Assembly (NCBI GenBank): GCA_963827165.1
Contig: CAWGZR010000005.1
Coordinates: forward strand, 192,001-256,000
Source: Candidatus Bathyarchaeota archaeon
GTDB taxonomy: Archaea; Thermoproteota; Bathyarchaeia; Bathyarchaeales; Bathycorpusculaceae
Reading direction: 5' to 3'
DNA: 64,000 bases
Shown: piece by piece, positions 10,215-20,827 of the stretch
Layout of the letters: each line of letters starts with the position of its first letter
Position numbering within the stretch: the first letter of the stretch is position 1
Program-made: the position numbers and the translations under genes
Notes under the pieces: model-generated
Seen by the model: the letters and a program-made list of their open reading frames with translations, nothing else
Database searches by the model: none
Told to the model about the DNA's origin: nothing

Positions 10215-10727
10215 ATGTTATCGACTATTGATGATGCAACCTTGATGAAAGTTGCGGTAGCATTGGGAGAGGAAGACGCTGTCAAACTTATTGAGTACCT
10301 CAAAGGCGTAGACGAGATAACTGATGATGAAATTGCCAACAAAATAGGCATCCGCCTCAACACAGTACGCAAAATCCTCTACAAACTCTACGATCATTCT
10401 CTTGTGAGCCTAAGAAGAACACGCGATCCCAAAACTGGCTGGTTCATTTTCCACTGGAAGCTACAACCCGACCAGCTTGAAGGTTTTATATTAAGCCAGA
10501 AAAGGCGCGTGCTTGAAAAACTCAGCGTAAGATTAGAATACGAAAAGAACCATGACTTCTATTACTGCGGCAGTCCCGAATGCAAACGGGTTCCTTTTGA
10601 AGAAGCTGTCGAAGTGGTTTTCCACTGCTCAGGCTGCGGCAAACCTCTTGTGCATTTTGCAAATGAACTAATGATAAATAAGCTTTCAGAGAAAGTTGAG
10701 ACGCTAAGGAAGGAACTCGGTGAGTGA
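10215..10727 (+). CDS. tfe: Transcription factor E alpha
   Basis: Winged helix VRKILYKLYD...GWFIFHW; Zn ribbon YYCGSPEC...FHCSGCG. Confidence 0.95.
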   Translation: MLSTIDDATLMKVAVALGEEDAVKLIEYLKGVDEITDDEIANKIGIRLNTVRKILYKLYDHSLVSLRRTRDPKTGWFIFHWKLQPDQLEGFILSQKRRVLEKLSVRLEYEKNHDFYYCGSPECKRVPFEEAVEVVFHCSGCGKPLVHFANELMINKLSEKVETLRKELGE

Positions 10728-11250
10728 GTCGCTTCCTACAAGGGAGCAAGCAATTGAACTTCTTCGAAAAAACAACTGTTCACCCCAAGTCATCAGCCAC
10801 TGCAAAGCAGTTGCAGACTTATCTTTAGAGATAGCAAACCAACTCAAAAATAAAGGCTTAAAGTTGGATCTGCAAGTAGTTGAGACAGGAGCTCTTTTGC
10901 ATGATATCGGACGTTCAAAAACAAACGCAGTTGACCACGGAATGATCGGCGCCCAAATAGCTCAAGCAGAGGGTCTTCCAGCGGCTGTTATTGGGATAAT
11001 TAGGACCCACGTTGGCGGGGGATTCACAATAGAAGAAGCAGTCGAATTCGGATGGGAAAAAGACGTTTATGCACCCGTGAGTTTGGAGGAGAAAATCGTT
11101 TCATATGCTGACAAACTGATTGACAACTCAAAAGGCAAACGCGTTCCCATAAACGTGGAAATTAAACGTCTTCGAGCAGCAGGGCACAAAGAAGCCGCAG
11201 AAAGAGTTAGAAGGCTTCATGAGGAAATAACAGCGTCCTTGGAGAATTAA
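10720..11250 (+). CDS. HD-domain protein (TIGR00295-like)
   Basis: LLHDIGRS, HVGGG, EEKIVSYADKL; conserved position after tfe. Confidence 0.9.
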   Translation: MSESLPTREQAIELLRKNNCSPQVISHCKAVADLSLEIANQLKNKGLKLDLQVVETGALLHDIGRSKTNAVDHGMIGAQIAQAEGLPAAVIGIIRTHVGGGFTIEEAVEFGWEKDVYAPVSLEEKIVSYADKLIDNSKGKRVPINVEIKRLRAAGHKEAAERVRRLHEEITASLEN

Positions 11251-11252
11251 CG

Positions 11253-12038
11253 ATGACCGACTTAACTTTGCTCGCGAAAGCACGTAATCCAAAACAACTG
11301 AAACAGGTAGAAGACCTGCTAAAAGCCGAGTTCGAAAACTTGGAGTTAGACTTTAAAGTTTTAGGCGCTCCCGTTAACAAGTGGATCAAAGTTTCTCTTT
11401 CAGGGGAAGACGAAGTCATCGCAACAAACTACATCAACAAGGAAATAGGCACCTGCCCCATAAGCATAAAAAAAGCCGAAAAATCCTCCATCTTCAAGGG
11501 ATTCATCACAAAATTTGATGCGGCCAAAAACGAGCTTGCTGTCGACGTCGGAATTTTTGAACCAAAAATAACCCTCGCAACTATCGCACTACCCTACTTG
11601 CAGGCTCAACTTGCAGATGGGAAGAAACTGGATTTGAAAAAAATTGAGGAAGCATACGGATTGCATGAGAATTCGCCAATATCAGTCAAGGTAATTGACT
11701 TAACAAGCGCAGATGGAGATGAGCGACTACAAGCAGAATTATCGACAGCTCAAATAGAAAAAATGCGTCTGTGGCAAGATTCTTTTTTGGATAGGCTAAT
11801 TATTTTGGGGGCGACGGCTGGTGAAGTCGAGGAAGTGCTTGAACGAACTCGGCTTACCCGAGATGTGATTGACGTTGAGCGGCTGGGTTTGTTTGAGTAC
11901 GCTTTGACGTGTAAGCTTGGAACTGACGCGGCAGGATTGATTCCGAAGATGGGACGATATATGCGAAACACGGTTTTTGTCGTTTTTAGCCCCAAAGAGG
12001 TTTTCCGCCTTAACGGTAAAATACCATTAATCGTATAA
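11253..12038 (+). CDS. DUF2110-family protein
   Basis: DVIDVERLGLFE...CKLGTDAAGLIPKMG; conserved tfe neighbour. Confidence 0.8.
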   Translation: MTDLTLLAKARNPKQLKQVEDLLKAEFENLELDFKVLGAPVNKWIKVSLSGEDEVIATNYINKEIGTCPISIKKAEKSSIFKGFITKFDAAKNELAVDVGIFEPKITLATIALPYLQAQLADGKKLDLKKIEEAYGLHENSPISVKVIDLTSADGDERLQAELSTAQIEKMRLWQDSFLDRLIILGATAGEVEEVLERTRLTRDVIDVERLGLFEYALTCKLGTDAAGLIPKMGRYMRNTVFVVFSPKEVFRLNGKIPLIV

Positions 12039-12350
12039 GTCGTTTACATTATTACGTAAATAATCTGTTATCCGAATAGAGTTAATAGAAGAAGGGAGAG
12101 AAGATAATTATGAGTCAAGGGGAAGATATTGGAGACAGAAGAAAGTACAGAATCGACATAGGAGCTTATGGCAGCATAGGCATTGAATCGCCTACTAAAA
12201 AAGAATGCCTGGAGTTTTTCATGGAAGTCACGAAAACATGACGTGACTCAAAAATTGATGAAGCCGTAAGATAAGCACCCAATCAACGGATAAAACACCA
12301 GTTCTCTTAAACCTAAAGTAGAGGGAAATTAAGCTGGCATTTTTATTTTT

Positions 12351-12506
12351 TTAAAGAACATCGTGCTCCTCTTTGCAATGGGTTTCATAGTCTTCTCGGT
12401 TATCGTAGATCATCTGGTCTAAAGGACATTTGAATTTCTTATGCTCTGTCATTTCAGGCTCCGGAATGGTTATGTTAGATTCTTTCCTTGAACGGTTTTT
12501 CGACAC
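12351..12506 (-). CDS. 51-aa C2H2-like zinc-finger microprotein (absent from ORF track)
   Basis: GAGGTGA SD then GTG; translates MSKNRSRKESNITIPEPEMTEHKKFKCPLDQMIYDNREDYETHCKEEHDVL. Confidence 0.65.
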   Translation of the reverse strand: MSKNRSRKESNITIPEPEMTEHKKFKCPLDQMIYDNREDYETHCKEEHDVL

Positions 12507-12618
12507 AAAATCACCTCGCCGCGAGCTTTACATGAAAATCACGCTGGAAAACTAATAACGTTATGTTGTTGCAAAGGAGCTACAACAATGAGTTCTAGGA
12601 ACCCAAAGGTGGCGAATG

Positions 12619-13026
12619 CTATGGAGTCTTTTTGAGGGCTTCTTCCAATTGCTCAAAACTCTTGACCACTTTGTCAGAGTGCGCTATTATCCATGGGCTT
12701 AGGCAGCCGATTTCGGAAACCACGATGATTCTTTTGCCTTTGCGTTTCGCGTAGAACATTTCCATGCAGGCTCCGGCGGAAAGAATCGGCAGGTAAACGA
12801 CCATTATGTCGCATCGATCCGCGTCGTCCAGATCCCGCTGGATAAAATCAAACGTGGGAACCTTGTCCCACCAGCACCTCTCATCTCCCTGATAGAGAAT
12901 TTTCTCTCTTTTCCACGGATCAATAACTTCAAACCCTGCTTTTGTCAAGATTTCGGTGATTTTCGGCCTGTACTCCTGATGGTTTTCCATGCCCAGAATA
13001 GGCCCTGCAATAAACACTTTCTTCAT
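12619..13026 (-). CDS. Nucleoside 2-deoxyribosyltransferase-like protein
   Basis: VFIAGP, DLDDADRCD, SAGACMEMFYA. Confidence 0.8.
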   Translation of the reverse strand: MKKVFIAGPILGMENHQEYRPKITEILTKAGFEVIDPWKREKILYQGDERCWWDKVPTFDFIQRDLDDADRCDIMVVYLPILSAGACMEMFYAKRKGKRIIVVSEIGCLSPWIIAHSDKVVKSFEQLEEALKKTP

Positions 13027-13421
13027 GTAACGTCACCGAATGTTGTAATGATATTCAAGTTGCGTTTTTCATAAACTTTCTCCTTCACAGATAGTTGGTT
13101 TTTTAAGCTTTGACCGCAATGAGCGTAAAAACTCTAAGATTTTAGGGGCAATAAATAAGTACAAAACTGCCTATTGGTATAATCAAAGTATTTTGCAATG
13201 AGGAAATTTTGTGGGTTAGTAACAGTTTTGATTTTGTGTTCGGTCGAGCGGATTTGTAATTTTTCTTTTTTTGTTGTGGAGCCTAAATCAAGCTCAACCT
13301 AAATTGTTTCCCAAGTCAGATGACTGGGGCAGGCGTAAGAAAATGGTGTAAACCGATTCATTCCTAATTCGTCTGCTTTCATGCTATTGAAAATCGGGCA
13401 AAACTACACGGCATTGTTTGC

Positions 13422-14636
13422 CTAGGGTTTCTTATTTTTGCTTTTCTTCATGAACGCTTCGAGCGCGTTGAATGCTTCTTCTAGTTCCGCTATTGGCGGA
13501 AGGAAAACTATTCTCGCGTGGCCTTTGCCGTAGACTGGGTCGAAGCCGGAGCCGTTTACGATGAGCACGCCGGTTTCTTTTAGGAGGCTGACGACGAAGT
13601 CCATGTCGGTTTTCCACGTTGTACCTATATCGTGGATCTTCGGGAAGATGTAAAAGGCGCCTTCGGGTTTGGTTGTGCTTATGCCTTCGATTTCGTTTAG
13701 GCGTTTCCACGAGTAGTCCCGTCGCTGCCTAAGGCGGTCAACGATATCCTTAACCATTTCCTGCGGCCCGTTAAGTGCTGCGTTTGCGGCTATCTGCACC
13801 GGTGTGTTGGCGCAAATGCGGATTCGGCATTCCTTCTCGACGCCTTCCTTGAGTGTCTGAAGTTTTTCGCCTTCCCCTTTAAAGTACATGTAGCCAAGTC
13901 GCAGCCCAGTCATCTGGTAAACTTTGGAGAACCCGTTTAATCCGATTACTGGCACGTCCTTAGAAAGGTAAGCTGCACTGTAGAATTTTTTCTCGTATGT
14001 CAACTGATCATAGATTTCGTCGCAGACTACGGGTAAGTCATGTTCGCCCGCGATGTCCAGGATTTCCTTTATCGTTTTCCTGTCGTAAACTGAACCCGTC
14101 GGGTTGTTGGGGTTAATCATTACTATGGCGCGAGTTTTCTTGTTGATTTTGCTTCTTAAATCATCGATGTTTGGATGCCAACCTGTCTCCTCGGTAGTTT
14201 CATATGAGACAGGTGTCCCGTCGAAGAATCTTGTATAGGAGATGTAAGGCGGGTAGGTTGGACCTGGGAAAAGGATTTCGTCGCCTTTTTCAACTAAGGC
14301 GCCTAGAATCATCTGAATTCCTTCCGAAATCCCTTCTGTAATGAGCACTTTATCCGCCGTTATGTGTACGTTGTTGACTTTTTTCTCTTTTCGAACTATG
14401 GCTTCTCTAAGGTCTAGTCTTCCTTCTGAAGGGGAATAATAATTATCGTCTTTCTGGACAGCAGCGCAAAGGGCGTCCTTAACGTTTTGCGGCGTTTTGA
14501 AATCGAATGCTGCGGGGTCGCCGATGTTCAAGTAATAAATTTTTCTGCCGTCTTTTACGAGCTGTGTAGTGTGCTCTATGACGTCACGAATGGCGTATTC
14601 AATGTTTGAGGCTCTGCTCGTTACTTTGACACCCAA
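13422..14636 (-). CDS. Class I/II PLP aminotransferase (alanine aminotransferase-like)
   Basis: EYAIR, LNIGDP, NPNNPTG, DEIY, NGFSK, GLRLG. Confidence 0.92.
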   Translation of the reverse strand: MGVKVTSRASNIEYAIRDVIEHTTQLVKDGRKIYYLNIGDPAAFDFKTPQNVKDALCAAVQKDDNYYSPSEGRLDLREAIVRKEKKVNNVHITADKVLITEGISEGIQMILGALVEKGDEILFPGPTYPPYISYTRFFDGTPVSYETTEETGWHPNIDDLRSKINKKTRAIVMINPNNPTGSVYDRKTIKEILDIAGEHDLPVVCDEIYDQLTYEKKFYSAAYLSKDVPVIGLNGFSKVYQMTGLRLGYMYFKGEGEKLQTLKEGVEKECRIRICANTPVQIAANAALNGPQEMVKDIVDRLRQRRDYSWKRLNEIEGISTTKPEGAFYIFPKIHDIGTTWKTDMDFVVSLLKETGVLIVNGSGFDPVYGKGHARIVFLPPIAELEEAFNALEAFMKKSKNKKP

Positions 14637-14862
14637 TTTTCGTTACCTGTACCCCAGACACTTACAAGATGGAAAAAATAAATCTTCCCTACCGACAATG
14701 CGGAGTCATGAGGAGCCACACCCATTTAGAAGCAAGAGGCAACAATTTTCAACAGATTGTCTCAAGATTGGTCCTCGCAATGTCGTTGTTTGCATAACAC
14801 TAATATTGACACAAAAAAACAAGATAGGTTGAGGTATGCGCACCTGATCAGAGGAGTCCGGG

Positions 14863-16305
14863 TCAATATGACCGTGCAAAGTACACAGTATCCTTAGCTT
14901 TTTGCCCGCAGTATATGCAATTGTCTTTCGGTTCTTCTTTCTCGAAGGGTAAAACCCTGATCGTTGCACCCGTCTCATCTTTGATTTTGGTTTCACATTC
15001 GGCGCTGCCGCACCAAGCTGCTTTCAAGAAGCCTCCTTTGTCACAGAGCACCTTCTTGAACTCGTCGTAGCTATGTACTGTGCTGGTTTGTTGCTCCATT
15101 TGGGCTTTGGCTTTCGCATATAGGTTTTCTTGTATTTCCTGCAGAAGTTTCTCTGTGGCTGATGGAATGTCAGCTTCTTTAACCGGAGTTTTTTGTCCGT
15201 TGTCTCGTCTTACCATTACGACTTGTCCTTGTTTTAGGTCTCGGGGACCAATCTCGATTCTGACAGGGACTCCTTTGAGTTCCCACTGGTTGAATTTCCA
15301 GCCGGGCGTGTACTCTTGACGGTCGTCCAAGATGACGCTAAAGCCCTTGGCTCGAAGAGTCTCAGCAATTTCTTTTGCTTTGGCAACGATTGTGGCTGCT
15401 TCAGCGATTTTGAATAAAATGGGCACTATGACGACATGGGTTGGTGCCACTTTAGGGGGGATGACTAAGCCTTTGTCGTCGCCGTGAACCATAACCATCG
15501 CGCCGATGAGCCGTGTGCTTATGCCCCAGCTGGTTTGCCAAACTTGATGATCCATTTTGTCCTCGCCGATGTATTTGACGTCGAAGACTTTGGCAAAGTT
15601 CTGTCCAAGGTTGTGGCTGGTTCCCATCTGCAAGGCTTTGCCGTCAGGCATCATCGCTTCTAGCGATGTTGTGTAAACTGCACCTGCAAATTTTTCGCTT
15701 TCGCTTTTGACACCGGTGATGACTGGGATGGCGAGGTAGTTCTCAATGATGTTCTTGTATTCGTCTAATGCGTACCTGACTTCTGATTCGGCTTCCTCTT
15801 TGGTGGCGTGGGCGGTGTGGCCTTCCTGCCAAAGGAACTCTCTTGTGCGCAGAAAAAGCCGCGTGGATTTTGTTTCCCACCGAACGATGTTGCACCACTG
15901 GTTGATCTTTATGGGTAAGTCTCGCCAACTCCTGATCCATTTGGAAAATGTGGCGTACATTATTGTCTCGCTTGTGGGTCTGATAGCTACTTTCTCTTCA
16001 AGCTCGCTTTCTCCACCCTGGCTTATCCAAGCTACCTCAGGGGTAAAACCTTCAAAGTGCTCAGCCTCTTTCTTTAGCAAGCTTTCAGGGATAAAGAGTG
16101 GAAAGTACACGTTACGGTGACCCGTGGCTTTGATTCTTTGGTTGAATGTTTCCTGGATTTTCTCCCAAACTGCATATGCATCCTCGCGGATTATCATGCA
16201 TCCTTTGACAGGCGCATAATCTGCAAATCCAGCTTTCAAGATGACTTCCACATACCATTCAGAGAAATCCTGACTTTTCTTAACGGTAACTCCAGTATCA
16301 GACAT
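14863..16305 (-). CDS. proS: Prolyl-tRNA synthetase (archaeal/eukaryote type)
   Basis: RPTSET, FLRTREFLWQEGH, QTSWGISTR, C-terminal FARSY. Confidence 0.97.
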   Translation of the reverse strand: MSDTGVTVKKSQDFSEWYVEVILKAGFADYAPVKGCMIIREDAYAVWEKIQETFNQRIKATGHRNVYFPLFIPESLLKKEAEHFEGFTPEVAWISQGGESELEEKVAIRPTSETIMYATFSKWIRSWRDLPIKINQWCNIVRWETKSTRLFLRTREFLWQEGHTAHATKEEAESEVRYALDEYKNIIENYLAIPVITGVKSESEKFAGAVYTTSLEAMMPDGKALQMGTSHNLGQNFAKVFDVKYIGEDKMDHQVWQTSWGISTRLIGAMVMVHGDDKGLVIPPKVAPTHVVIVPILFKIAEAATIVAKAKEIAETLRAKGFSVILDDRQEYTPGWKFNQWELKGVPVRIEIGPRDLKQGQVVMVRRDNGQKTPVKEADIPSATEKLLQEIQENLYAKAKAQMEQQTSTVHSYDEFKKVLCDKGGFLKAAWCGSAECETKIKDETGATIRVLPFEKEEPKDNCIYCGQKAKDTVYFARSY

Positions 16306-16570
16306 GACTCAATCTCTTCTTCGCTGTCTTTACAGCTACAGAATATAAAACCGTAACGGCGACAACACAAAAAAGCCTTAAAAAATTCCGGAGAAAAGCC
16401 GCGTTTTTAGCGGCGTAGCTCCCGTTTTGGGTAGTCTTTGCACTCGTAGATTCGCAGCTGCCTTTGAGGTTCGATGCGGCATCTTTTGCGCGCATTCTTA
16501 CGTCTTATGAGGGGGGCAAACCCGAAAAATGGGCATTTGTTGCATAGTGTACTCGTGTATGTTCCTCCAC

Positions 16571-17766
16571 TTACCGTGTCATCATGCGTCTGAACAGCGG
16601 AACCGCGATTGCAATCATGACCGCACCGAACGCTATTAAGATTATCAAGTCAGTTGAGATTGCTGGTACTCCTGCGCCTAGCACCATCACTTTTCGCATG
16701 GCATCAGCAGCGTACGTTAACGGTAGGAATTTCGCTATGTCTTGCATGTACCAGGGCATCTGCTGTAGTGGGAACATCACTCCGCTCAGAAACATCATTG
16801 GAAACATCAGCGTCATCATCATCATCTGCGCGGTCTCTTGGTCCTTAGCCAGCGACGTCAAAACGATGCCTAAACCCACGAACGAGAATACCCTAGCAGC
16901 AGCAAAGCAACCACCAGAAGCATGCTTCCATGGATCACAACGCCAAATATTCCCAGAGCCAAAGCCATTACAATGACCCCTTGAATTAACCCACGACCAG
17001 TCTGTCCTAAAGCTTTTCCCAAGATGATAGATAACCGGTTGATTGGAGCAACCATCATGCCATCCATAGTACCGACCTCTCTCTCTTGCGATATCGCGAC
17101 TGGCAACCCTGTCATGACGCTCATCATTACCGTCAACATAACCATGCCTGGTGCGATGAAACTAAAGTAGCTAAAGTTTGCAGGGGCCGGAACAGTGTAA
17201 GGCTGAACGATGGCAAGAGAATTATTCGCTGTAAGGTTTGAAGAGAGGCTTTGAACTCTTAACTGTGCGAGTTGTGTGCCTAAATTGCTGATTTCATCTG
17301 AAACGGCTGCCCGCAGTTCTGATGATACGGTGGGATTAGACTGGTCGGTTATCACAATCAGCGTTCCCTGTTCTCCATTCATGACGCTTGCCGAGAAATT
17401 ACTTGGTATAACTACGGCGCCATCTATTGTCCCCTTTTGAATCTCGCTGTTTATATCCGCTATACTTGAGCTACTGGACAGCGTAAGGAAGTGAGTCTCA
17501 TTGTTCATGATATTAAAGCCGTTTATGAAAGCTTGGCTTGGAACAGTGCTATTGTTAAAACCTGAATCTTGATTCACCACTGCAAAAGGCATGCTGTTTG
17601 GCGCGCTGCTGCTGGAAGGATAAATAAAGCCAACCATAACCATCATGAACAGCGGCATCACTATAAGTAGAACTAAGCCGAGTCTGTTCCTGAAAAGTTC
17701 AGTTAAATCTTTCCAAGCAATTCGGCAAGAATGTGAAAGAATATTTTTTGCACCCATGTCTATCAC
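16571..17766 (-). pseudogene. ABC-2 type exporter permease split by a 1-nt frameshift (real or assembly error)
   Basis: N-part 16870-17766 and C-part 16571-16879 join as LLLG-VFSFVGLG if one G is added to the GGG near 16891-16893. Confidence 0.8.
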
Positions 17767-18782
17767 CTGATCCTACCTTGTGCTGGTTGACCAAACCGCC
17801 TTTGTTCCATGGGTATTTTTTCAGTTGCGCTGTCTCGCACCTGATGACCCGTAATGTGAAGGAAAACGTCTTCAAGAGTCGGCTGCAAATTCTCCATGGA
17901 ACTTATTTTTCCACCGTTTTTCCGTATGGCGTCGATTATGTTGTCAAAAGCCTCGTTTCCATGAACCAAAACTTTTATTTCATTTGGGCTCTCTTGAGTA
18001 ACAGAATCCGCGCATTCAAGCGCCTGAACTTTTGCTAAGAGGTCCGGGGAAAGATTAGGTATATTCAGTTTTATTATGGTTGTATCCGCTCCGTTTATGA
18101 TTTTTTTCAAGTTCGGCGACGTGTCTAATGCCACAATTTTCCCGTGGTCTACAATGGCGATGCGGTCACACAACAGGTCAGCATCAACCATCATGTGGGT
18201 TGTTAACACAACTGTAGTCCCGTTTTCCCTATTCAGTTTTCTGACGAATTCTCGGATTTCAACCGATGACTGAGGATCTAATCCAAGGGTTGGCTCATCC
18301 AAAAATAACACCTGAGGTAAGTTAAGTAACGCTCTGACTACGTTCATTCTCTGCCGCATACCGGTCGAAAAAGTGCCGACTTGCGAGTTCTTCCACTGGG
18401 TCAACTGTACGAGTGCAAGCAGGTCATCTATGCGTTTGGTTAATTCCGTTTTTGGAATGTTGAAGAGGTTACCGAAAAACCATAAGTTTTCTCGAGCGGT
18501 TAGGCGGTTGTACATTATCATTTTTTCGGAGACTATGCCGATGAGCTTTCGGACTTCAGTGTCTTGTTTAGCTATGTCATAGCCGCCAATGATGGCTGTT
18601 CCTCCAGTGGGCTTGGCTAATGTCGATAGCATCCGCAGGGTTGTGCTTTTGCCCGCGCCGTTGGGTCCGAGTAAACCAAAGATTTCGCCTTTTTTGACGT
18701 TGAATGTGATTTTGTCTACGGCAGTGAATTCGCCAAACTTTTTAGTCAGTTCTTTTACTTCGATTATCGAGTCAGTTGACAT
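17763..18782 (-). CDS. ABC exporter ATP-binding subunit (DrrA-like)
   Basis: GPNGAGKST, FSTGMRQR, LDEPT; ATG at 18782. Confidence 0.93.
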   Translation of the reverse strand: MSTDSIIEVKELTKKFGEFTAVDKITFNVKKGEIFGLLGPNGAGKSTTLRMLSTLAKPTGGTAIIGGYDIAKQDTEVRKLIGIVSEKMIMYNRLTARENLWFFGNLFNIPKTELTKRIDDLLALVQLTQWKNSQVGTFSTGMRQRMNVVRALLNLPQVLFLDEPTLGLDPQSSVEIREFVRKLNRENGTTVVLTTHMMVDADLLCDRIAIVDHGKIVALDTSPNLKKIINGADTTIIKLNIPNLSPDLLAKVQALECADSVTQESPNEIKVLVHGNEAFDNIIDAIRKNGGKISSMENLQPTLEDVFLHITGHQVRDSATEKIPMEQRRFGQPAQGRIR

Positions 18783-18813
18783 TTTGAAACCTCGATGTTG
18801 GATATTATTCAGT

Positions 18814-18845
18814 GCAATATATTGCGGTAAAATATAAGTATTACC
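18814..18845. promoter_or_regulatory. Candidate PadR operator in the divergent promoter
   Basis: Perfect palindrome GCAATATATTGC (18814-18825) next to GGTAA-N10-TTACC, between the ABC ATPase and padR. Confidence 0.45.
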
Positions 18846-18871
18846 CAAATACAATATAGATTTGAAACGCC

Positions 18872-19447
18872 ATGGCAATGGAAAAAGAAGAAAAAACTAC
18901 AGAAAACTGGATGAAAGAAGCGCAGAAAGGCTACATTCGTATGGGAGTCCTAATCCTTCTGAACAAAAAACCTTTCCACGGCTACGAAATCATGAAGGAA
19001 ATCAATAGCCGAACAAAAGGCTTTTGGCAGCCCACTGCCGGAGGTGTTTACCCGATCTTGCGTGACCTAGAGAAATCAGCGTACATCAAAGGAGAATGGC
19101 AGCTCAATAAAAACCGCAAGATAAAAGTTTACAAAATCACTGAGTCAGGAGAACTTATTTTAAGACGAGCAATCGTGAAAGAAACGGAAATCTTCAATAA
19201 CATCGGTAGCCTTTTCCGAGAATTCGCCAGGGACGTCCTCAACATGGAAACTGTAACTGTTATGCCGAACCTGCCATCTCCCCTTGCTGCTTTCTTAAAA
19301 GAGACGTCTGGCGAAGAAAACCTCAAACAACTGGAACTTGAGCGAAAACACGCTTACGAAACTTTCAAAATGATGCAGAAAAAACTCGAAATGATTGACA
19401 AGCAAATTAGAGAAATCAAGAAAAAAGCAGAAAATCCTTCGCCCTGA
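18872..19447 (+). CDS. PadR-family transcriptional regulator
   Basis: HGYEIM, GGVYPIL, KVYKITESG; C-terminal coiled coil. Confidence 0.92.
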   Translation: MAMEKEEKTTENWMKEAQKGYIRMGVLILLNKKPFHGYEIMKEINSRTKGFWQPTAGGVYPILRDLEKSAYIKGEWQLNKNRKIKVYKITESGELILRRAIVKETEIFNNIGSLFREFARDVLNMETVTVMPNLPSPLAAFLKETSGEENLKQLELERKHAYETFKMMQKKLEMIDKQIREIKKKAENPSP

Positions 19448-19996
19448 CACCGCAACAGCAGGAAGCAAAAATATTTTTTTGCAACCGCTTCTAATAGCCT
19501 TCCAAGAAAGTTAAATCGATTGATAGATGAATTTTACACTCACTTGCTAATTATTGACAAAAACGATAGGAAGATCCTCTGCAACCGTTAAGAGTGGGCT
19601 TGGAACGCAGTTTTTAGGAAAGTCGGGTTGCAACCAAATGGGCAGAGAATCTGTTGTTTTATGTGGCCGGATAGAAGCAGGCATTAGGTTGGCTGATTTT
19701 GTTGAGCGCTTCGCTGAGGCTTTGAGGATTTAGGCTGAAAATTTGACGGCGAAACTTGTTTTGAAAAGTTTGTTCCATAAAAAAACTTAGGCTAACGGGC
19801 AATTGGAGATGACATTAATCAATTCATCAACCTCGCGAAAAGCTACTAACCCCAAACCTTCCGATGAGTTTTCGAAGTTTTTGGGCACACATCGGGGTTT
19901 CGGCGCAGAAAGATATCTTGCCGTTCAAACGGCGCTGCAGTTGGTGTAAACAATTAAATGGGTGACTAAGGTATTTGCTCTTTAGAAGTGATCTGA

Positions 19997-20320
19997 ATGT
20001 TCCGCGTTAGAGTTAACAAAATCGAGTCGAACCGTGACTTAGACGGTAACCTTGGAAAACGGATTGAACTGCTTGAAGAGCGGGAACTCAACCCATACGT
20101 GCTGCGACCGCAATCGGACGAGGCTAAAATGGCGCAGGATATCATGCAAGCACTACAGCAGCAAATGCCTTTCCTTCCGCAGAAAACCCAGCTTGCCACC
20201 CCAAAAATCGTACTGTTCCTAACTGAGCAAGAATGTGATAGCTTAGGAATAAACTTCGACGTAAATCAAGTCTACGAAGTCGCACTACAAAACCAAGGTA
20301 TCTGTTTTAGGAAAGTTTAA
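19997..20320 (+). CDS. Arcadin-1 homolog
   Basis: KRIELLEEREL...AQDIMQALQQQMPF...PKIVLFLTEQE...FDVNQVYEV resembles Pyrobaculum arcadin-1 as I recall it. Confidence 0.75.
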   Translation: MFRVRVNKIESNRDLDGNLGKRIELLEERELNPYVLRPQSDEAKMAQDIMQALQQQMPFLPQKTQLATPKIVLFLTEQECDSLGINFDVNQVYEVALQNQGICFRKV

Positions 20321-20645
20321 GAATTTCTTTTCTCATCTGCCGCAGCGCAGCATGCTTAGGGTGGAAAGACAAAACAAACATCATGCTTCTTAATTTTGAG
20401 CTTATTTCGTCTAAACCAGACATTTTCCCTTCATCACAATAAAGCGGAATAGGCACGTCGTCGCCGTCGTCTTCATAGTAAACGTAGATCGGTGTTGCAG
20501 ACCCGTGGAGCTTGACCATTTCGAAGTTTAGGTTTAAGCGTTTGGCCGTTTGCTGTGTGGCATCTCTAACCGATTCCAACCGTTTCCGTTGGGGAGAAGC
20601 GCTTGAAGCGTAAATCATCAACTTCCCGTTACTTTCTTTGAACAT
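20307..20645 (-). CDS. Hypothetical protein
   Basis: GGTGA SD before ATG 20645; coding-like motifs IYVYY, PIPLYCD, MMFVLSFHPKH. Confidence 0.7.
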   Translation of the reverse strand: MFKESNGKLMIYASSASPQRKRLESVRDATQQTAKRLNLNFEMVKLHGSATPIYVYYEDDGDDVPIPLYCDEGKMSGLDEISSKLRSMMFVLSFHPKHAALRQMRKEILKLS

Positions 20646-20827
20646 GACACAGTCACCATCAGCCATTCTGCCTGGAACTCTTTTAAGGTAAGCACTGAAG
20701 CGACTGTTTACGGAGGTGGAGGGGTGGCTGAAAGTGAACACAATTTAGGGGTTGTGACTGTAGGAATGCAACAACATCTGCTTAAATTTAAAGGAAAATT
20801 CTTTCTCTTAGTGTGAGGTGAAAAAAA

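Noticed and set aside
12110-12274. 43-aa ORF with a TGA then 10 more codons (possible Sec/readthrough)
   Set aside because: No redox motif or SECIS-like hairpin seen; cannot be supported
16390-16570. Short hairpins and a Cys-containing minus-strand frame between proS and the permease
   Set aside because: Not a tRNA cloverleaf; the frame lacks a start; probably a gene relic
19850-19905. Imperfect inverted repeat (AAACC..CCGATG / CATCGGGGTTT) upstream of arcadin-1 as an sRNA
   Set aside because: No complete C/D or H/ACA boxes; could be chance
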